Shown: piece by piece, positions 24,701-37,680 of the stretch
Layout: every line of letters begins with the position of its first letter
Numbering within the stretch: the first letter of the stretch is position 1
Origin: Perna viridis
Lineage: Eukaryota
Assembly (NCBI GenBank): GCA_037379345.1
Contig: CM074511.1
Coordinates: 27,100,862 to 27,164,861, forward strand
Length of the DNA: 64,000 bases
Direction of reading: 5' to 3'
Translations under genes and position numbers: made by a program
The notes under the pieces: model-generated
The model's input: the letters and a program-made list of their open reading frames with translations, nothing else
Told to the model about the DNA's origin: nothing
Databases searched by the model: none

Positions 24701-25779
24701 TGTTTATCATTTGGGCATTAAGTATCAGTCCCTGTAAGAATCAGGCAATAGGTGAAACATGGTATTAAAAAAAACCATCATTTTAATAGTGTAATTTGAA
24801 AATTTGCACCATCCGAAAAAAGTAAATATTTTCCATATCATGTTCGACCATTGATTTACAATTTCATTAAAATGCACTGACAATGGACATTTCAAGGACA
24901 GATAACTGTCGAAAACCTCATTTTTCTCATATTTTATCGGAAAATTCCTGAGCAAATGTAATGATGCAAAGATCAAATATTGGTCTTTTCAAATAGCACC
25001 CTAGAGTGACATTTTATTGTCAGATCGGTGGTGTTTTGACATGCATTTTTCTGCTTTTTCCTGATTCTTACAAACACGTTAATATCATCATATCAATTTA
25101 CAAGATATTTTAATGGAAAACTCTGACTCCTTGTCTTTGCAGTACATTACCTGCGAATACTAAAAAAAAACTGTCTTCGACAGCAGAAATAAATATACAA
25201 CATTTGATTACGGTGAAAAACTCACTACTTCGGTTGACAAAAATCAGAGAAATTATAATTTTTAAAAACAGTTAAACGTACATATATATGTGTTTGATCG
25301 AACATATACCATGTTAATACCTAAATAATGCTTCTGTCTAAAGAGTGACAACAGAGAGTACATGTATATACTGATAATCTGCATCGATCAAATAAGTGAT
25401 TATATATTCGTTCGATAATATTTGTAGTATCTAATTTGCTTGTACAATTAATTAATTAATGAAAGACACACCAACTTCTACATACAATTAATTATTCCCT
25501 GGCCACATAACTAGTCATATATTTGATACTGCCGTAGAGATGTCTGTTAAATGCATGAATCTTTTCTTTTCTTTTCTACGGTTTAATCAAATATTTAACC
25601 TAATTTTGTTTTTATAACGAATCAAAACGTACAACAGGTATACAAAATGTTATATGATATAAAAATATGGCTTTGAATGTAAATAAATAAGACAACTTAC
25701 CTGTAGCTTGTTCAAATGTTAGTATCATTGATGCAACCAAAATAATAACTATGTTCTCGCAGATCTGTAGAGTGTTCAT
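9595..25779 (-). CDS. Secreted chymotrypsin-like S1A serine protease with N-terminal beta-defensin-like module; 8 exons, 426 aa
   Basis: Exons 25779-25701, 14873-14730, 14144-14055, 13237-13057, 12816-12717, 12341-11957, 10100-9964, 9759-9595. All introns GT-AG, phases match, 1281 nt open. Motifs IIGG, TAAHC, DIAL, GDSGSP, SWG; the five canonical disulfide pairs are present. Confidence 0.9.
9964..10100 (-). CDS. protease exon 7
   Basis: [45 protein letters not shown]; ttgcag|...|gtgagt. Confidence 0.93.
10655..11110 (+). mobile_element. Crypton-like tyrosine-recombinase (DUF3504/KCTD1-ZMYM-related) ORF remnant inside the protease intron between exons 6 and 7
   Basis: [14 protein letters not shown] / frameshift ~10725 / [21 protein letters not shown]...LRFGLQKHF...[14 protein letters not shown]...KEGYG...HKDVI...DLQKLY...TPESLQKRV; breaks off before the expected catalytic RG.E motif. 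Confidence 0.7.
11574..11665. repeat. palindrome, 31-bp arms (3 mismatches), probable end structure of the Crypton-like element
   Basis: GACTGGGTATTCGGGAAATAGCAAGTTTGTT ... AACAAACTTGCTATTTCTCTCATACCCAGTC. Confidence 0.8.
11957..12341 (-). CDS. protease exon 6 (catalytic Asp; two large insertions)
   Basis: HPYY...[26 protein letters not shown]-(68 aa)[10 protein letters not shown]; tatag|...|gtaagt. Confidence 0.93.
12717..12816 (-). CDS. protease exon 5
   Basis: [33 protein letters not shown]; phase 2/0 fits both neighbours. Confidence 0.9.
13057..13237 (-). CDS. protease exon 4 (activation site, catalytic His)
   Basis: [14 protein letters not shown]|[16 protein letters not shown]...[18 protein letters not shown]. 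Confidence 0.95.
13906..14001. repeat. 96-bp foldback hairpin (mini-MITE-like)
   Basis: CACAGGGGCTTGCTCCTACTATC...GATAGTGGGAGCAAGCCCCTGTG, ~35-bp arms. Confidence 0.85.
14055..14144 (-). CDS. protease exon 3 (Thr-rich linker)
   Basis: [29 protein letters not shown]; 90 nt, phase 1-1. Confidence 0.8.
14730..14873 (-). CDS. protease exon 2 (six-Cys beta-defensin-like module)
   Basis: [47 protein letters not shown]; tttatag|...|gtaagc; 144 nt, phase 1-1. Confidence 0.82.
16720..16926 (-). mobile_element. Penelope-like 3' fragment
   Basis: Matches family 3' end. Confidence 0.8.
20879..21389 (+). mobile_element. TSD-bounded SINE-like retroposon (RTE-like head, Meta-like core, (CAAA)n tail)
   Basis: Perfect 12-bp TSD CGCTGTAAAATG at 20867-20878 and 21390-21401; GCTTGTCGTAAAAGGCGACTAA in the head; GCACTTTAAAGAACCC core; second copy at 1-357. 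Confidence 0.85.
21624..22440 (+). mobile_element. Helentron/HINE-like non-autonomous element
   Basis: (GAC)-type microsatellite followed by the 3' hairpin GCTCACATGGCC...GCTGAGC; repeated AAATGGCCG motifs; 5' boundary approximate. Confidence 0.5.
22873..23378 (+). mobile_element. Penelope-like 3' fragment with decayed RT C-terminus (subfamily B)
   Basis: [15 protein letters not shown] homology plus family 3' end. Confidence 0.8.
24722..25078. mobile_element. ~350-bp TTAA-flanked MITE (GTGTCAGTCCCTGTAAGAATC family)
   Basis: Ends TTAA-GTATCAGTCCCTGTAAGAATC ... GATTCTTACAAACACG-TTAA; 4 copies. Confidence 0.75.
25701..25779 (-). CDS. protease exon 1 (signal peptide)
   Basis: AAAAATG context; [27 protein letters not shown]|gtaagt, phase 1 matches exon 2; joined across a 10.8-kb intron by inference. 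Confidence 0.7.
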
Positions 25780-26399
25780 TTTTGTTTTCTGTTTAATGTC
25801 CAAATATTTAATTTTAAGCTACACAACTCTCTCTGTATTATTTATTATGCAAAATTAACAATGGAATGTAAGAATTTATAGGAAAATCAAGAATTTCACA
25901 AATGTACAGTAACCACGGCTCCTTCCTTGATTCTGACTGGTTGTTCCAAATATGGTCATGTAGAAACTTCCATTCATAAAGCAGCTTACGCCGAGCCTTG
26001 TAAATTCCTATTGTTGATGTGATCTATGTAAATTTACACAATTTCATCACTATTGAGCGATCATGTTCATTATTCCAGGTCGTTTTAAAAGATTTTCTGT
26101 CCCAGCAACTGCGGTCAATGTGTAAAATCGATGTCCATTCCAAATATACGAGCTCCACATGAATTATCTTGGTAATTGAAATAACAAGGGAAATAATAAT
26201 ATAATCTAGACTTATTATCAGCAAAGCTTTTGGGAATGTGTAGTAAGATTTGAAATAACAAGACCTACTAAGTTAACAAAATACAGTTCTCAGCATCTGT
26301 ACCAAGGTCAGTGTTCTGGTTTTTCTTAGTGATAACCACATCTGTAAGCTATATTCCAGACATTGACAATCAACAAAATCTAAAAATAATAGTTAATAG

Positions 26400-26476
26400 T
26401 TTTTTTGTTTTTTGTTTTTTTTTTTTTTGTTTGTTTTGTTTTTTGTTTTTTGTTTTTTTGTTTTTTGTTTTTTTTG
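26400..26476. repeat. T-rich (TTTTTG)n-like low-complexity tract
   Basis: Read directly from the sequence. Confidence 0.8.
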
Positions 26477-26957
26477 TCGTTATGATGTCGTTTACATTCC
26501 ATAACAAATAAAAAATCTCTTTCTAGTTGACTGAATATATATGTTAACAACTCTTCATTTAAATAATAATTTCGTATTGCTTTGAATCTGAGAAAACATT
26601 TCCTGTAAATGTACTACATGTAATATTACCAATCTTATAAAATAAAAAAATTCAAAAGGAAACATTTGTTGTTTTTTTTTTCAAAAAATAATTCTCTTTA
26701 GCTTTACGTTCTAAGGAAAATGAGATTAAACAGATATTGGCAACTTCCATTTCTAACAAAACCCTTGAAATAATCCAATGAGCATGCAAACTTAATCGGC
26801 TTACATTGCAGCTTCCGTGATGTCATTACATGTTCGTCAAGTGCTGTCCCAAAAAATGTGTAAAAAGTGAAAAGGGAATGTCGACAAATGTCGATCTCAA
26901 ATTTAAAGTTTAATTGTTAAAAAGGAACATAGTTTACAAAATAAACATCCTGTTTCC

Positions 26958-27113
26958 GAGTCCGAGTTGTTACTTTACTTGTGTTTCCTTATATGTACTA
27001 TTTTGGTTATTTTGTGTTCTTTGCTGTGTATGTCTGTTTTCCACGTCCTGGCTTTGCCCCTGGATTACATTTCTTTGATATCTTTTAGAATCTTGGTTCC
27101 CTTGATTACTCTT
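26958..27113 (+). mobile_element. Penelope-like 3' fragment (subfamily B)
   Basis: Family 3' end ...AGAATCTTGGTTCCCTTGATTACTCTT. Confidence 0.75.
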
Positions 27114-28280
27114 TTAAACTAAACATTAACTTCGTCTTTACCATCTGAACTTCCGGCTGGTAATAGTTGATACTGTAGTATGCCTTTAATTCAGACCAGT
27201 ATATTACAAATTACAAAATAAAACTCACAAAACAAAACAAAAAAACAAAAACAGATGAACAAGACCTATATCATTTCATTATTTGTTTATATAATTATTT
27301 AAACTAAACCTGGATAATATTGAGGTAATGTGCTCATTTCCTGCATAAGTATTACTACAGAGTTGATGTTATGTTAGATTTGACTGAATGTAATACATGT
27401 ATTTCTTTGAAATAAGATATTAATGATTGTGATTGTTAACGTATCATTTTATGAAAATCATTTCACACACCCACAGTAACATCTCAATTACCCGTGTCTC
27501 ATTAGTTTAGAGATATATGATATCACCTTAATTATAGATTAGAGTAAATGGATACATTTATCACATCACGAAAGACACAGATCGCAAAGATTCAACGAAT
27601 TCGCGTTTTCGTAACATTTCATTCGTTCGCATAATATTTCTCGATATTTTTAACTGCTTACAATTATCTATTTTTTTTATTAAATCGGTTTTGTAACGGT
27701 GTGTGCGTGCTTATGGAATAGTAATAAATGTTTGTTTTAATTTAAGATATTAAAATAACCTTCAATTTGAAAGTTATATATTCATGTAACTTGTTTAAAT
27801 GGTGTTCTCCGGATACCTTTCACATATCTCCTGTTTTAAACATCACCAATGATTAAATATGTTAAAAATTTTCATGTATTGCCTCTATACAGTTTTTAAT
27901 TGTTTTCAATAAAACGTCTGTTCAATGTAACAAAAAATCGATCAATATATTCACAACTGTCCAGAAGTGTGCAGCCATTGTTTTTTCAATAAAAAGAAAA
28001 ACAAACAAAAAACTGTAGTGAACTCCTAACTTGTATGTAGTTTCTTAATCTATTCCCTTTTATAATTACTACTTTGTTATATATTCAGATGCGCCCTTTT
28101 GCGTTGTATCATTTCACCCTTTTGTTTGTAAACTGCTTAAACAATTTACCTTGCATTTTTTTTTATGATAAGTAGACATAAAAATACAAATTTGCTGCAC
28201 TTTTTTACAAACATTATCTAACAAATAACGTGGTCGAAGGTTCTGACCAAGGTAAATATGCACTTATAATACGTTTCTGA

Positions 28281-28534
28281 AAGAGTAATCAAGGGAACCA
28301 AAGTTATAGCGGTAATCAAAAGAATGTAATCCATGGACAAAGACTAGACATGGAAAACAGATATACACAACAAAGAATAAAATCATACATACAAAGTAAC
28401 AAAAACTAAAACCTGCGAGCATGGACCAGGCGCACCGGCAGGGTAAGCGTCTTCTTCCCTTCTAGAAATACCCGCCGTGTTGCTCACAAAATGTCAAGTC
28501 AGGAGCAGTCGAAAGAGGAAACGAAAACTATGAC
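28281..28534 (-). mobile_element. Penelope-like 3' fragment
   Basis: Family 3' end with internal deletions. Confidence 0.8.
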
Positions 28535-29313
28535 TAAAGTTTTATCATCTATATTTCTACACAACATAAATAAGTAAGACACTTACTGTTATGGACAATA
28601 ATCTCACTAAAACCTCTTCATACTTGTCCCAAAATCATCGGGATCAATTTGCTAAAAAAACATAGATGCACATATTATCGTTCATAATATGTAACCAAGA
28701 TATTTCAAAAACGATGTCACTCGACGCACAATACTCACACGTTCAAGTTGAACCAAGTATATGGAGACATTCTGCATAACATTTGGTTGCCTTTATGGTT
28801 TTTATTACAAAAACAAAACCAACACAAAACAACTCCGTATATTTATTAAATACACAGTAAGTCATATTAATAAAGATCAAAGATAGTGAATTGTTAGATG
28901 ATTTATATCTTGGATCGTTTAAGTCGCTAAATGACTGCATTTATTACTTGTTTTAATCATTTAGACATTCTGTTTTATCTGATTTGTTTTCATTCAAAAG
29001 CTTAATATGAAAATTAAAAATTAATTTGTATTTGTATGACACAAGTTCTTACGATATACAGTGATTGACGCAATGAATGTTAAGATCATACAATGTTATT
29101 CTGGTGACTTGGTTAATTTCCCTGAAAGCTACGAGGAACAAACAGACACATATTTTAATTTCAAACGTCATTATACAATCTGCTACAACAGTGAACCTGT
29201 CTAAACCAACCTCTTTTAGTCTTCAAATTTGGTTCAGTTTAGGCAGACGTCGAGTTTACAAAGTATCAATGTAAATTTAAAATGATACAAAAAGTTTGGG
29301 AAGTGCCTGGTTT

Positions 29314-29517
29314 GACGCTTACCCTACCGGTGCATCTGGTCCATGCTCCCAGTTTTTAGTGGAGTCCGAGTTGCTCATTTGCTTTTCTTACTTTGTATGT
29401 ATGATTTTAGTTATTATATGTTCTTTGTTGTGTATATCTGTTTCCCATGTCTGGTCTTTGTCCCTGGATTACATTCTTTTGATTACCGCTATAACATTGG
29501 TTCCCTTGATTACTCTT
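29314..29517 (+). mobile_element. Penelope-like 3' fragment, apparently inserted in a CAGTG-type MITE (~29189-29555)
   Basis: Family 3' end; flanks resemble the 55643-55823 MITE. Confidence 0.8.
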
Positions 29518-30264
29518 TGATAGATGTACGGTGAAGACAGGTTTTTTTCTCTACTACTACATGTACTATTAGGAAGTTACCGACCTTGACTACCTTTCAC
29601 GTTTCGCATCGGCGGCCCTGGAACAAATTACATTTGTAGCATTTTTAATATTGTTGGTGATGTTGACTGATATACATGTACAAAACAAAGTAAAGAAACC
29701 TCAAACCCAACCTGTCTCAGGCGTTTGTGGTAAATTGCTATTTTGTGTAGAATATGATATCAATAATCATATTTCTAATATTGAACAGAATACATATTGC
29801 TTCCTCTTAAGTGAAGTGACGATATGTTTAATTGAAATCTCAATTTTTACGTCTGCAAAAAGGAATATTTTTACCTGAAAGATAAATTTATGAACAAGCA
29901 TTAAAGAAAAATAACAATGCATATACTGTAAAAAAAAGAGCATTTCTTAATCATTCTTCATTGGAGATCGCTATTACGCAGCTGATGCTTTTTATAACAT
30001 TTCATACTATCATCGACACATCATGTTAAAAATAAAAATTCTTTGGAGCTGTAGCAATTATTAACTAACATTATAAAAAGAACATTAAGTGTAGGACATG
30101 TTAGCCCGTAAAGGGACACTTTGTTACATTAAAATTATGTTTATTCCTTCACATAACACTGCGGACATCGCATATATATTTTACATCTTATAAGAAAATA
30201 AAATTGTCATAATAATAAAACATGATATGAAACGTTCTACCAGAAAAAACATAAATATAGTGAA

Positions 30265-30615
30265 GTGTCAGTCCTTGTAAGAATCAGGCAGTAGACGAAA
30301 CATCGTATGAAAAACTTCATCATTGTAATAGTGTAATTGACTATTTGCACCATCAGAATCAAGGAAAACAAACAAGATTTTCCATTTCATGCCGGACGAT
30401 TGAGTTACAATTTCATTCATATTGATAACTCTGTCAAAAACCTTATTTTCAAAGATTCTATCGAAATATTCCTAAGTAAATCCAATGATACAGAGATCAA
30501 ATAATGGTCTTTTTAAATAGAGGAAACATCCTTGTGCGATATTTTATTGTCAGGTCAGTTGGATTTTGACATGCATGTTTCTTATTTTCCCATTTAGCCT
30601 GAGTCTTACAAACAC
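30265..30615. mobile_element. GTGTCAGTCC..GTAAGAATC MITE copy
   Basis: Aligns with 24722-25078. Confidence 0.75.
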
Positions 30616-33018
30616 TTGTTTGATTAGGTGGTCATATTACTGACTCTTTCGAGCTGAAAAACACAAAACAAAAGGTATCACAAAAACACTCAATTACGCC
30701 TCCACAGTTTACTTTGTACTAGTGTATACAGTTTACTAAAATTTATTTTATTATTGCTTTTCTGTATGCTTTGTTTTGTAAGCGTTTGTAATTTCTAAAA
30801 TGATTGTACAGATGATAGCTCCTTTCAAAATTCTGCTACATGTATGAGTATTTGTTAAACAAATTATCGTGATGAAGTCGTTAAATATACTAAATAGTAA
30901 AATAAACAATACTTATTTCAATTTGTTTAACCTAATTGAGATGAGCGTTTTAGAATCCTTGTTTTTTCATTTCATTTTTTCCCAGTGACGCTTTCACAAT
31001 CATGAAAGATGAAATATTATTGTATTACAAAAGTCATGTACATAGACAGTAGAATTGCGCATTTATAGATCCTAGGTGCAGTGGTGAGTAAGTGGAACAG
31101 TAATTCCTATTTTAGTTAGTTAGGTAGTATATATATATATCATATCGAAACTGTTCATTTTCTCCAGTAACTCTATTTGAATTTAATTTTTAAAAATACA
31201 TTCTAGTGCATTACGATATAAATATATTTTTTTACAAATGACAGTCCAGACATTCTACGAATTCTATGAGAGTGGAATGCAATATTAGCTGATTTTAGAA
31301 GTATTTATATTTATTGGTGAACGATTTCATGAATTCTAAAGACTACTTCCTGAGAGACCGAACCGTTCTTGATCACCTTGGTTTGTTGAGTATACATTGA
31401 TTGAATTTCAGCTATCTGTGTGTTGCTTGTTATTTGTTTTTTATTCTCATTGTTTCATAAGTTTATTCCTTTGCTTTTAAATTCGGATTTCACTATTTAC
31501 GTTAGTCACAATTGATTTCATGACTATCAATTATTAATTTCAATTTAAAACAGTACTTATGTCTGTATACACACAATTTAAAACGGGAGGACGACCTTCT
31601 AGTATTTGTAATTTAGATCTTTTGAAGCCTGAGTTAATTTCTGTATAGCATCATTAAGGGACACTGCTAGAAAATTGAAGCTCTTGTTTTGTTCGGTTGT
31701 TCATGGATAACGAATCTAAAAATGTTTAGTCATGTTCTATCATTGAAGACTTTAGGAGAGAAAAATAACTTTAAATTATATAACGTTAGACGTGTGTTTT
31801 ATTATAAATTCCATTATTCCAAGTAGCATTGCAAATTTATTGCTGAACGTAAAGAAGCTTTTTTGTTATACAAGAAAATTTAACAATGTTAATCTGCTAA
31901 CCACAATTGTTTTTTTTTTTCTTTTTATCAATTCATATCAGCAATAGATTATTTCAGAAAAAAAAGGAGGATATCCTTGACCAATTCGTATAAACCTATT
32001 TTTTTTCAGCGATAGAAAACCAACCACAAGGAAGTTTTTATCTGAAATGTGTAATTAATTTCGTAGAGAGGAAGAAATTATGACATAATTAGGATTATAA
32101 CCTTGATCTTAATCCATAAGATAAAGGTTATAACCTTAATTGTGCCAATAATCAACGACCGACAACATGTAACGTCAAATGTAATTGATCGAACCTTCGA
32201 CAAAACATATTTTTTCTTCCGCATCATATTTATTAGGACCACATTACCGCGGGTGTCTCATTGTGATAACAAAATCTATGTGTAGCACAGACTAATTTGA
32301 CATGATCCTCCAATAGTTTAAGCAATTTCTAGTAGAGTTTTTTTTACTAATATGAACGTCCAGAACTATTACGAATTTAATTGTATGTGAAACTTCAATT
32401 CACGTATCTTAAGAGCAGCTCTGCCTTAAAACCAGATACTTATGATTAATGATTCGTGCTTTTCTTAATCCCTAATTTGTTTTGATTGGAAATCCATCAA
32501 TAGACCTCATAGAAACTGTATTCAAAAATAAAAGTGCAAATGAAAGCTTCCCATTGGAGATATTAAGACAAAATTTTGAAAAGTACAGGAAAATTTTAAC
32601 ACAATAACTAAACAAAACATATTTCACAATGTTTAACAGATCCCATGAATATGCAAAGTTGTTTTGAGGATGTAATAAATATTTTGAACAGTTTCATAGA
32701 TTATTTTGGGATATGATGAATCACCCCTCTGCTTGTTTTTAAGACAAAATCATACTTCATTGGTGTCTTATTTTTTTCAGTTGTTGAGTCTGAGAAGATC
32801 ACGGCTATTCTAATGGTATTTCAAGTTAAAGACCAGTGAGTGACTAACACTTTTGGAGACAGGACTATTTTCTTTAAAAAAAAACATCTTGACGCTTACT
32901 TTCCCTGTATGGTTAATTAGTTACCCAAGTTTTTCTCTTACATACATCACACAATTTAAAAGGCATTTTGTACATGTAAAGCATGAAGACGGGTTCTTCC
33001 ACAAGCATCATTATTTAT

Positions 33019-33560
33019 GGAGGTAGACCTAAGGTATGGGACACAACTAAAATCATTAGCCATGGAATGTTTGTATTCAGACTCTTTATATCAATCTCAT
33101 GTAAGCATCAAAGAACGTGGATTGATTTCATTCTGTTTAAAATGGAAGCTTGAAAGGCTTTGGTGAAATTGAATATGATACAAATATATCACTGATTTCA
33201 AGAGTTACAGTCCTTGAATCGATCCGCGCAACGATTTGATGTATCGATGACAGTTGACTGATCTGATCGCAGTTTTGTTATTTAAAATGACGTAAGATCT
33301 GTTTGAAATAAAAGAAATGTAAAATAAAAGTTTAAATTGATGTTTAAATCTATTACATTATGTACATATTTGTAAAATTGACAAAGAGAACAACAAAAAC
33401 CGGAAAATACAGTGACCGTTCTGTGCGATCACCGGTATAATGGATTGGTTTGACGGATCGATGACTGACTGGTAACTGATCGGTGATCGATGACCGATCG
33501 CAATTTTTGATGCACTGATCGGCTCAGGGACTGTTTGTCCCTTACCCTAGGTCTACCTCC
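33019..33560. mobile_element. GGAGGTAGACC MITE interrupted by a nested element
   Basis: Both TIRs present; right TIR split at GAGTTA|. Confidence 0.8.
33208..33533. mobile_element. nested 326-bp CAGT-terminal MITE (Tc1/mariner-like), GATC-rich
   Basis: CAGTCCTTGAATCGATC ... GATCGGCTCAGGGACTG inserted at the TA of the host TIR. Confidence 0.75.
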
Positions 33561-33569
33561 TTACGGAGT

Positions 33570-33860
33570 GTAATACATAACTTAATGTATTATCTTTATA
33601 CACGATAATTTATTCCGACATTAGTTACTTTCCTTATAATTTAATATTTTGGCAAAACCCATGATAAATTCATACTAATTTATTCAAATACACACATTTT
33701 TCGTCAGACAGGATAATTTCATTGGTAAAAGTAGTCCGGTTAAAAGGGGGCATGGTTTAAAGTTCATGACCTTGTTTATTGATCATGTAATAGGAAAATT
33801 TTGATAAAATGAAAACAACGACATCTATTTTTAACAATACAATTAGTAGTATTAAATTAT
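33570..33860 (+). repeat. interspersed repeat shared with ~60070-60350
   Basis: TCAGACAGGAT..TTCATTGGTAAAAGTA...AAAGGGG.C.TGGTTTAAAGTT in both. Confidence 0.65.
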
Positions 33861-33947
33861 GTGATGCAATGGTTATGTGGTATTTAAGTATTGTCTTTGT
33901 TTCATTGTATAAGTTAATTCTTAAAAATAGCTTTCTAATTATTATAA

Positions 33948-34130
33948 AGGAGTGATTAATGGAACCAAGATTCTATCGGAAATAAAAAAAAATGCAATCC
34001 AAGACAAAGACCAGACATGGAAAACAGGCACACACAACAAAAAAACACGAGATAACAAACACGTACGTACAAAGAGATAAAAGTAAATGAGCAACTCGGT
34101 CTCCACTAAAAACTAGGAACATGGACCAGA
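33948..34130 (-). mobile_element. Penelope-like 3' fragment (subfamily B, decayed)
   Basis: GGAACCAAGATTCTA...ATGAGCAACTCGG. Confidence 0.7.
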
Positions 34131-36104
34131 TCCGTCCGAAGTGTACCTACCGTTGTGTTGAATTGAGCCCTAGTGTAAAAATCTAAGATGCATTTTATTT
34201 CGAATGAAATATTAATGACAACCAACATTTAATTCACCGCAATACCTAATTTACTTATAAAAGATGTACCATTTTTAATTTAAGCTAAAATGTCAAGTCT
34301 TAACAAACATAAAATTTGATAAACTGTTTTCTATTTTCGTTGTCAAAAATGAAATTATTTTTTCCATGTGTATGAAGGGATTATTTCTTTTTTTTTACAG
34401 TTTTGAATAAATGACACAAGCTATTTTCGTGTGATTCATTTAATACATAATTGGCGAATTAGATTCATTCATGAAAAAGCATGATTTTGATAGAGAAACT
34501 AGAGAAGCGATATATTTAATGAAAGAACCTTATAGTAATTCCATAATATGTGCTCAATGTTACTTTACTCTAGGCAATGAAGTTATCAAGTTTGAAACCT
34601 TACTGCAGTGCTTTGCTTATTCATTACAGCTATCTAACATAAACGTAGTTGAAACTACTAATAGGCATAGAACGGTGATTTAAATTTCATCATCATGACG
34701 GTTTGCGCTCTCTTTGCCATTATCGTTTTATTTTGTTGGAGAACATTAACTGGGTATACAATATGTGTAAGGTTAAAACTTCCGATTATATCATGTATTT
34801 GGGGGTGGGAATAGCGTATGTGAGATGAAGATTAGAAGGGGAGAATTGGGGAAATTGTTAAAAAAAATTGTATGTACAAATAAATTATATTCAATTTCAT
34901 TTAAAATGACAGTTTGAATGTTAAATATTTTGTTCGATATAAAATTTAAGCTGGTAATGTAAGAATATAATAAAGAGAAAGGGGGTTCTATGATGAACGA
35001 GGAATACTCTAGGAAATTGGGATGAAAAAATGCGAAATGGGGAATGCGTGTATGATATATAGTGTATATAGGAAGTTTATACCATTGAAGGGTTGTATTT
35101 TTACTGCTGTAAAAATAAATTTGTTCCAGCTTTTAAGAATGTTATTTGCAAATTTGAATAACGAACTTCACATATCCTTGATCTGTTTATAGCTTATTGC
35201 TGATTGGCATTAGATAAAGTAGCTTCTAAAATTATTATGATCTGATCAGCATATCTAATACTAAAATAGATCGATCAAAGAATCGACCACTTCACTAAAA
35301 ATAAATAAGGGTTGGGTCCTCTTGTAATGTGGTTAAATTCCCCTTGAGGTTATGCTGTCTTATTTCTTAATTGGTAGTTTTATCAATCAATAATCTATTA
35401 AATACCACAAAATATTTTACAATCCATAAAAATCATATTAGTCACCCATTATATATTTATTGAGATGCTCTAAAAATAAGAAATATTTTCCATGCAAATA
35501 ATTTATATAATGATTTAAAGCAAAACAGGTGTCAAAAATGTGTGGTTATTAGCTGTATGCTTTACTTGTGCATTCTTCATTATGACCTTTTCTTATTTTT
35601 CTATCAAGAATGATTAAGTTAAAAAGGTAATACAAGTACAAAAAGTTCAGTGCTATTCTGTCACAAAATATGTATTTATATATGTTGTTGATTTACATAT
35701 TTCAAATGAAATATACATTGACTTTAATAATAAAAAAACACATCCATGCATACATAGTTTTTTTTTTTAAATCATTTAAACATTTAAAATGGGCTTTTCG
35801 TTTGTTTCTTTTTTTTTTCTGTAGTTCTGTACCAGACTTTGCCTTCATGAGATCAAATAGATGCTTCCTAATTTATACAAGAATATTGTGAGCATTGTGC
35901 TGCCCCTATATGGTAATTAGTCGATTAAGAAATACATTAGCTTATTTTTTTAATATAAAGTAAAGCTACACCGCATTTTAATTTACAATATAAGAAGTAA
36001 AGCTATAAGTCCATTTTTTTTTTGGTATTATTTTTGTTCTTTTGGTTAAGGCAACAAACCACTAATTCAGATTCCCATTACTCTCTATGTTAATTTGTGT
36101 TCAT

Positions 36105-36680
36105 TTTCGGAGGATACTCAGATGCGATGTATGAAATCCCCGAAACTACCCCAAAGAGCTTGAGATAAAGGATACTACAGACATTGTGAAGTCAGCCTCA
36201 TAACTTGACCTATACTTAATGTAGCTCGGTGGTAAAAGAAAACAATTGACCAAACTATACGACAAACTTTTTTTACGATGACTTTTCATTCCGTATTGTC
36301 AATTTTCCTTTTATCTGTGGCAACTTCCCTTTAGCACCTGCGTATGGAGTTGATATATCACAACTCATAAGCTGTAGCAGAGCTTGCCGTAACTATGCTG
36401 ACTTTTTGTATCGTGCTAGACTCCTTACAATTTGGCTTCTGGAACAGGGTTATGTAGCTACAAGATTGAAATCATCACTACAAAAGTTTTATGAAGTCGT
36501 CATGCATCGTAATGGTGTATCCATCTACACCATGAAATCTAATTTGTTCAACATGTCAATTTTTTCTTTTCCTTTTTAACTACTTTAATAGATTGTATTC
36601 TTTGTTGTGTTTGTCTGTTTTCATGTCTGGTCTTTGTCTTTTTGATTTCCGCCAGAATCTTAGGTCCTTTGATTACTCTT
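36105..36680 (+). mobile_element. Penelope-like fragment reaching furthest into RT
   Basis: YPKELEIKDTTDIVKSAS*LDLYL...YDK..DDFSFRIVNFPFICGNFPLAPAYGV; the 3' stem region is deleted. Confidence 0.8.
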
Positions 36681-37316
36681 GTTATTGTAGGTTTAGTTAT
36701 AATAATAATATCTTTATTACTTGAATAAAATGTTCTTAAATTATTCTTCAGGGGTTGTTTAACAGAAAATTGTTCTGAATTACATTGATGATGTCTTTCA
36801 TAAACGAAGTCATGCTTTCATATCTTATAACGAATTCGATGTTACAGTTGTATAAAGAACACTTGATTTCGAACATCCAAGCTAGGTAAACCACGATTTC
36901 TCACCGTTAGTTCTATAGGACTTGCTTCGTCATTAAATATACTAAAGTGGCAACATAAAACTTATTAGTTCTCGCTAATGAAAAACCTGTAAAACCGTCA
37001 AAAAAAAATAAGACAATGTGTCAAAATTAATCAAACGAAATCGAAAACTACTCCAAACATGCAATAAATAGCTCGGGTTACTCTGAACTAGTTTATGGAA
37101 ACGGACATATGTGTTGGGGTTTTTTTATTTGTTCTTGACGCTGGGTCGTACAATTCAGATATTGTTACCTAAATATAAGAAATAGTATAATGTAAAGATT
37201 AAATGTTGATTAAGTAAGACGGCTGAAAGAGGGCTTCAGAAATAATGATATATTCACATCGTGAATATAATCGATCGAACTTATAAGTAAAACTAGAATA
37301 CATATTGGATTTTTAA

Positions 37317-37680
37317 GTGTCAGTTTCTGTAAGAATCAGGCAGTGGGTAAAACATGTTATAAAAAAATCCACCATGTTGAAAGTTTAATTTGGCTATATG
37401 CATCATCAGAATCAAAGAAAAAAGACAAGGCATTCCATATTTCTTTGGTAAATTGGATTATATTCTCATTGAAATGCACTGAAAATGAACATTTCAAGGA
37501 CATATAATAAAAAAAATCTCATTTTTCTAACATTCCGTTGAAAAATTTCTTAGCAAATCCAATGATGCAGAGATCGAATAATGGTCATTTCAAATGCAGA
37601 AAGCATCTTTTGGAAAAATTATAACGTCAGATTGCTTGGTTTTTGACATGCATATATGTTTCTGATTTTCCCATGGACTT
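37317..37680. mobile_element. GTGTCAG..GTAAGAATC MITE copy
   Basis: 5' TTAA; aligns with 24722-25078; right end decayed. Confidence 0.7.
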
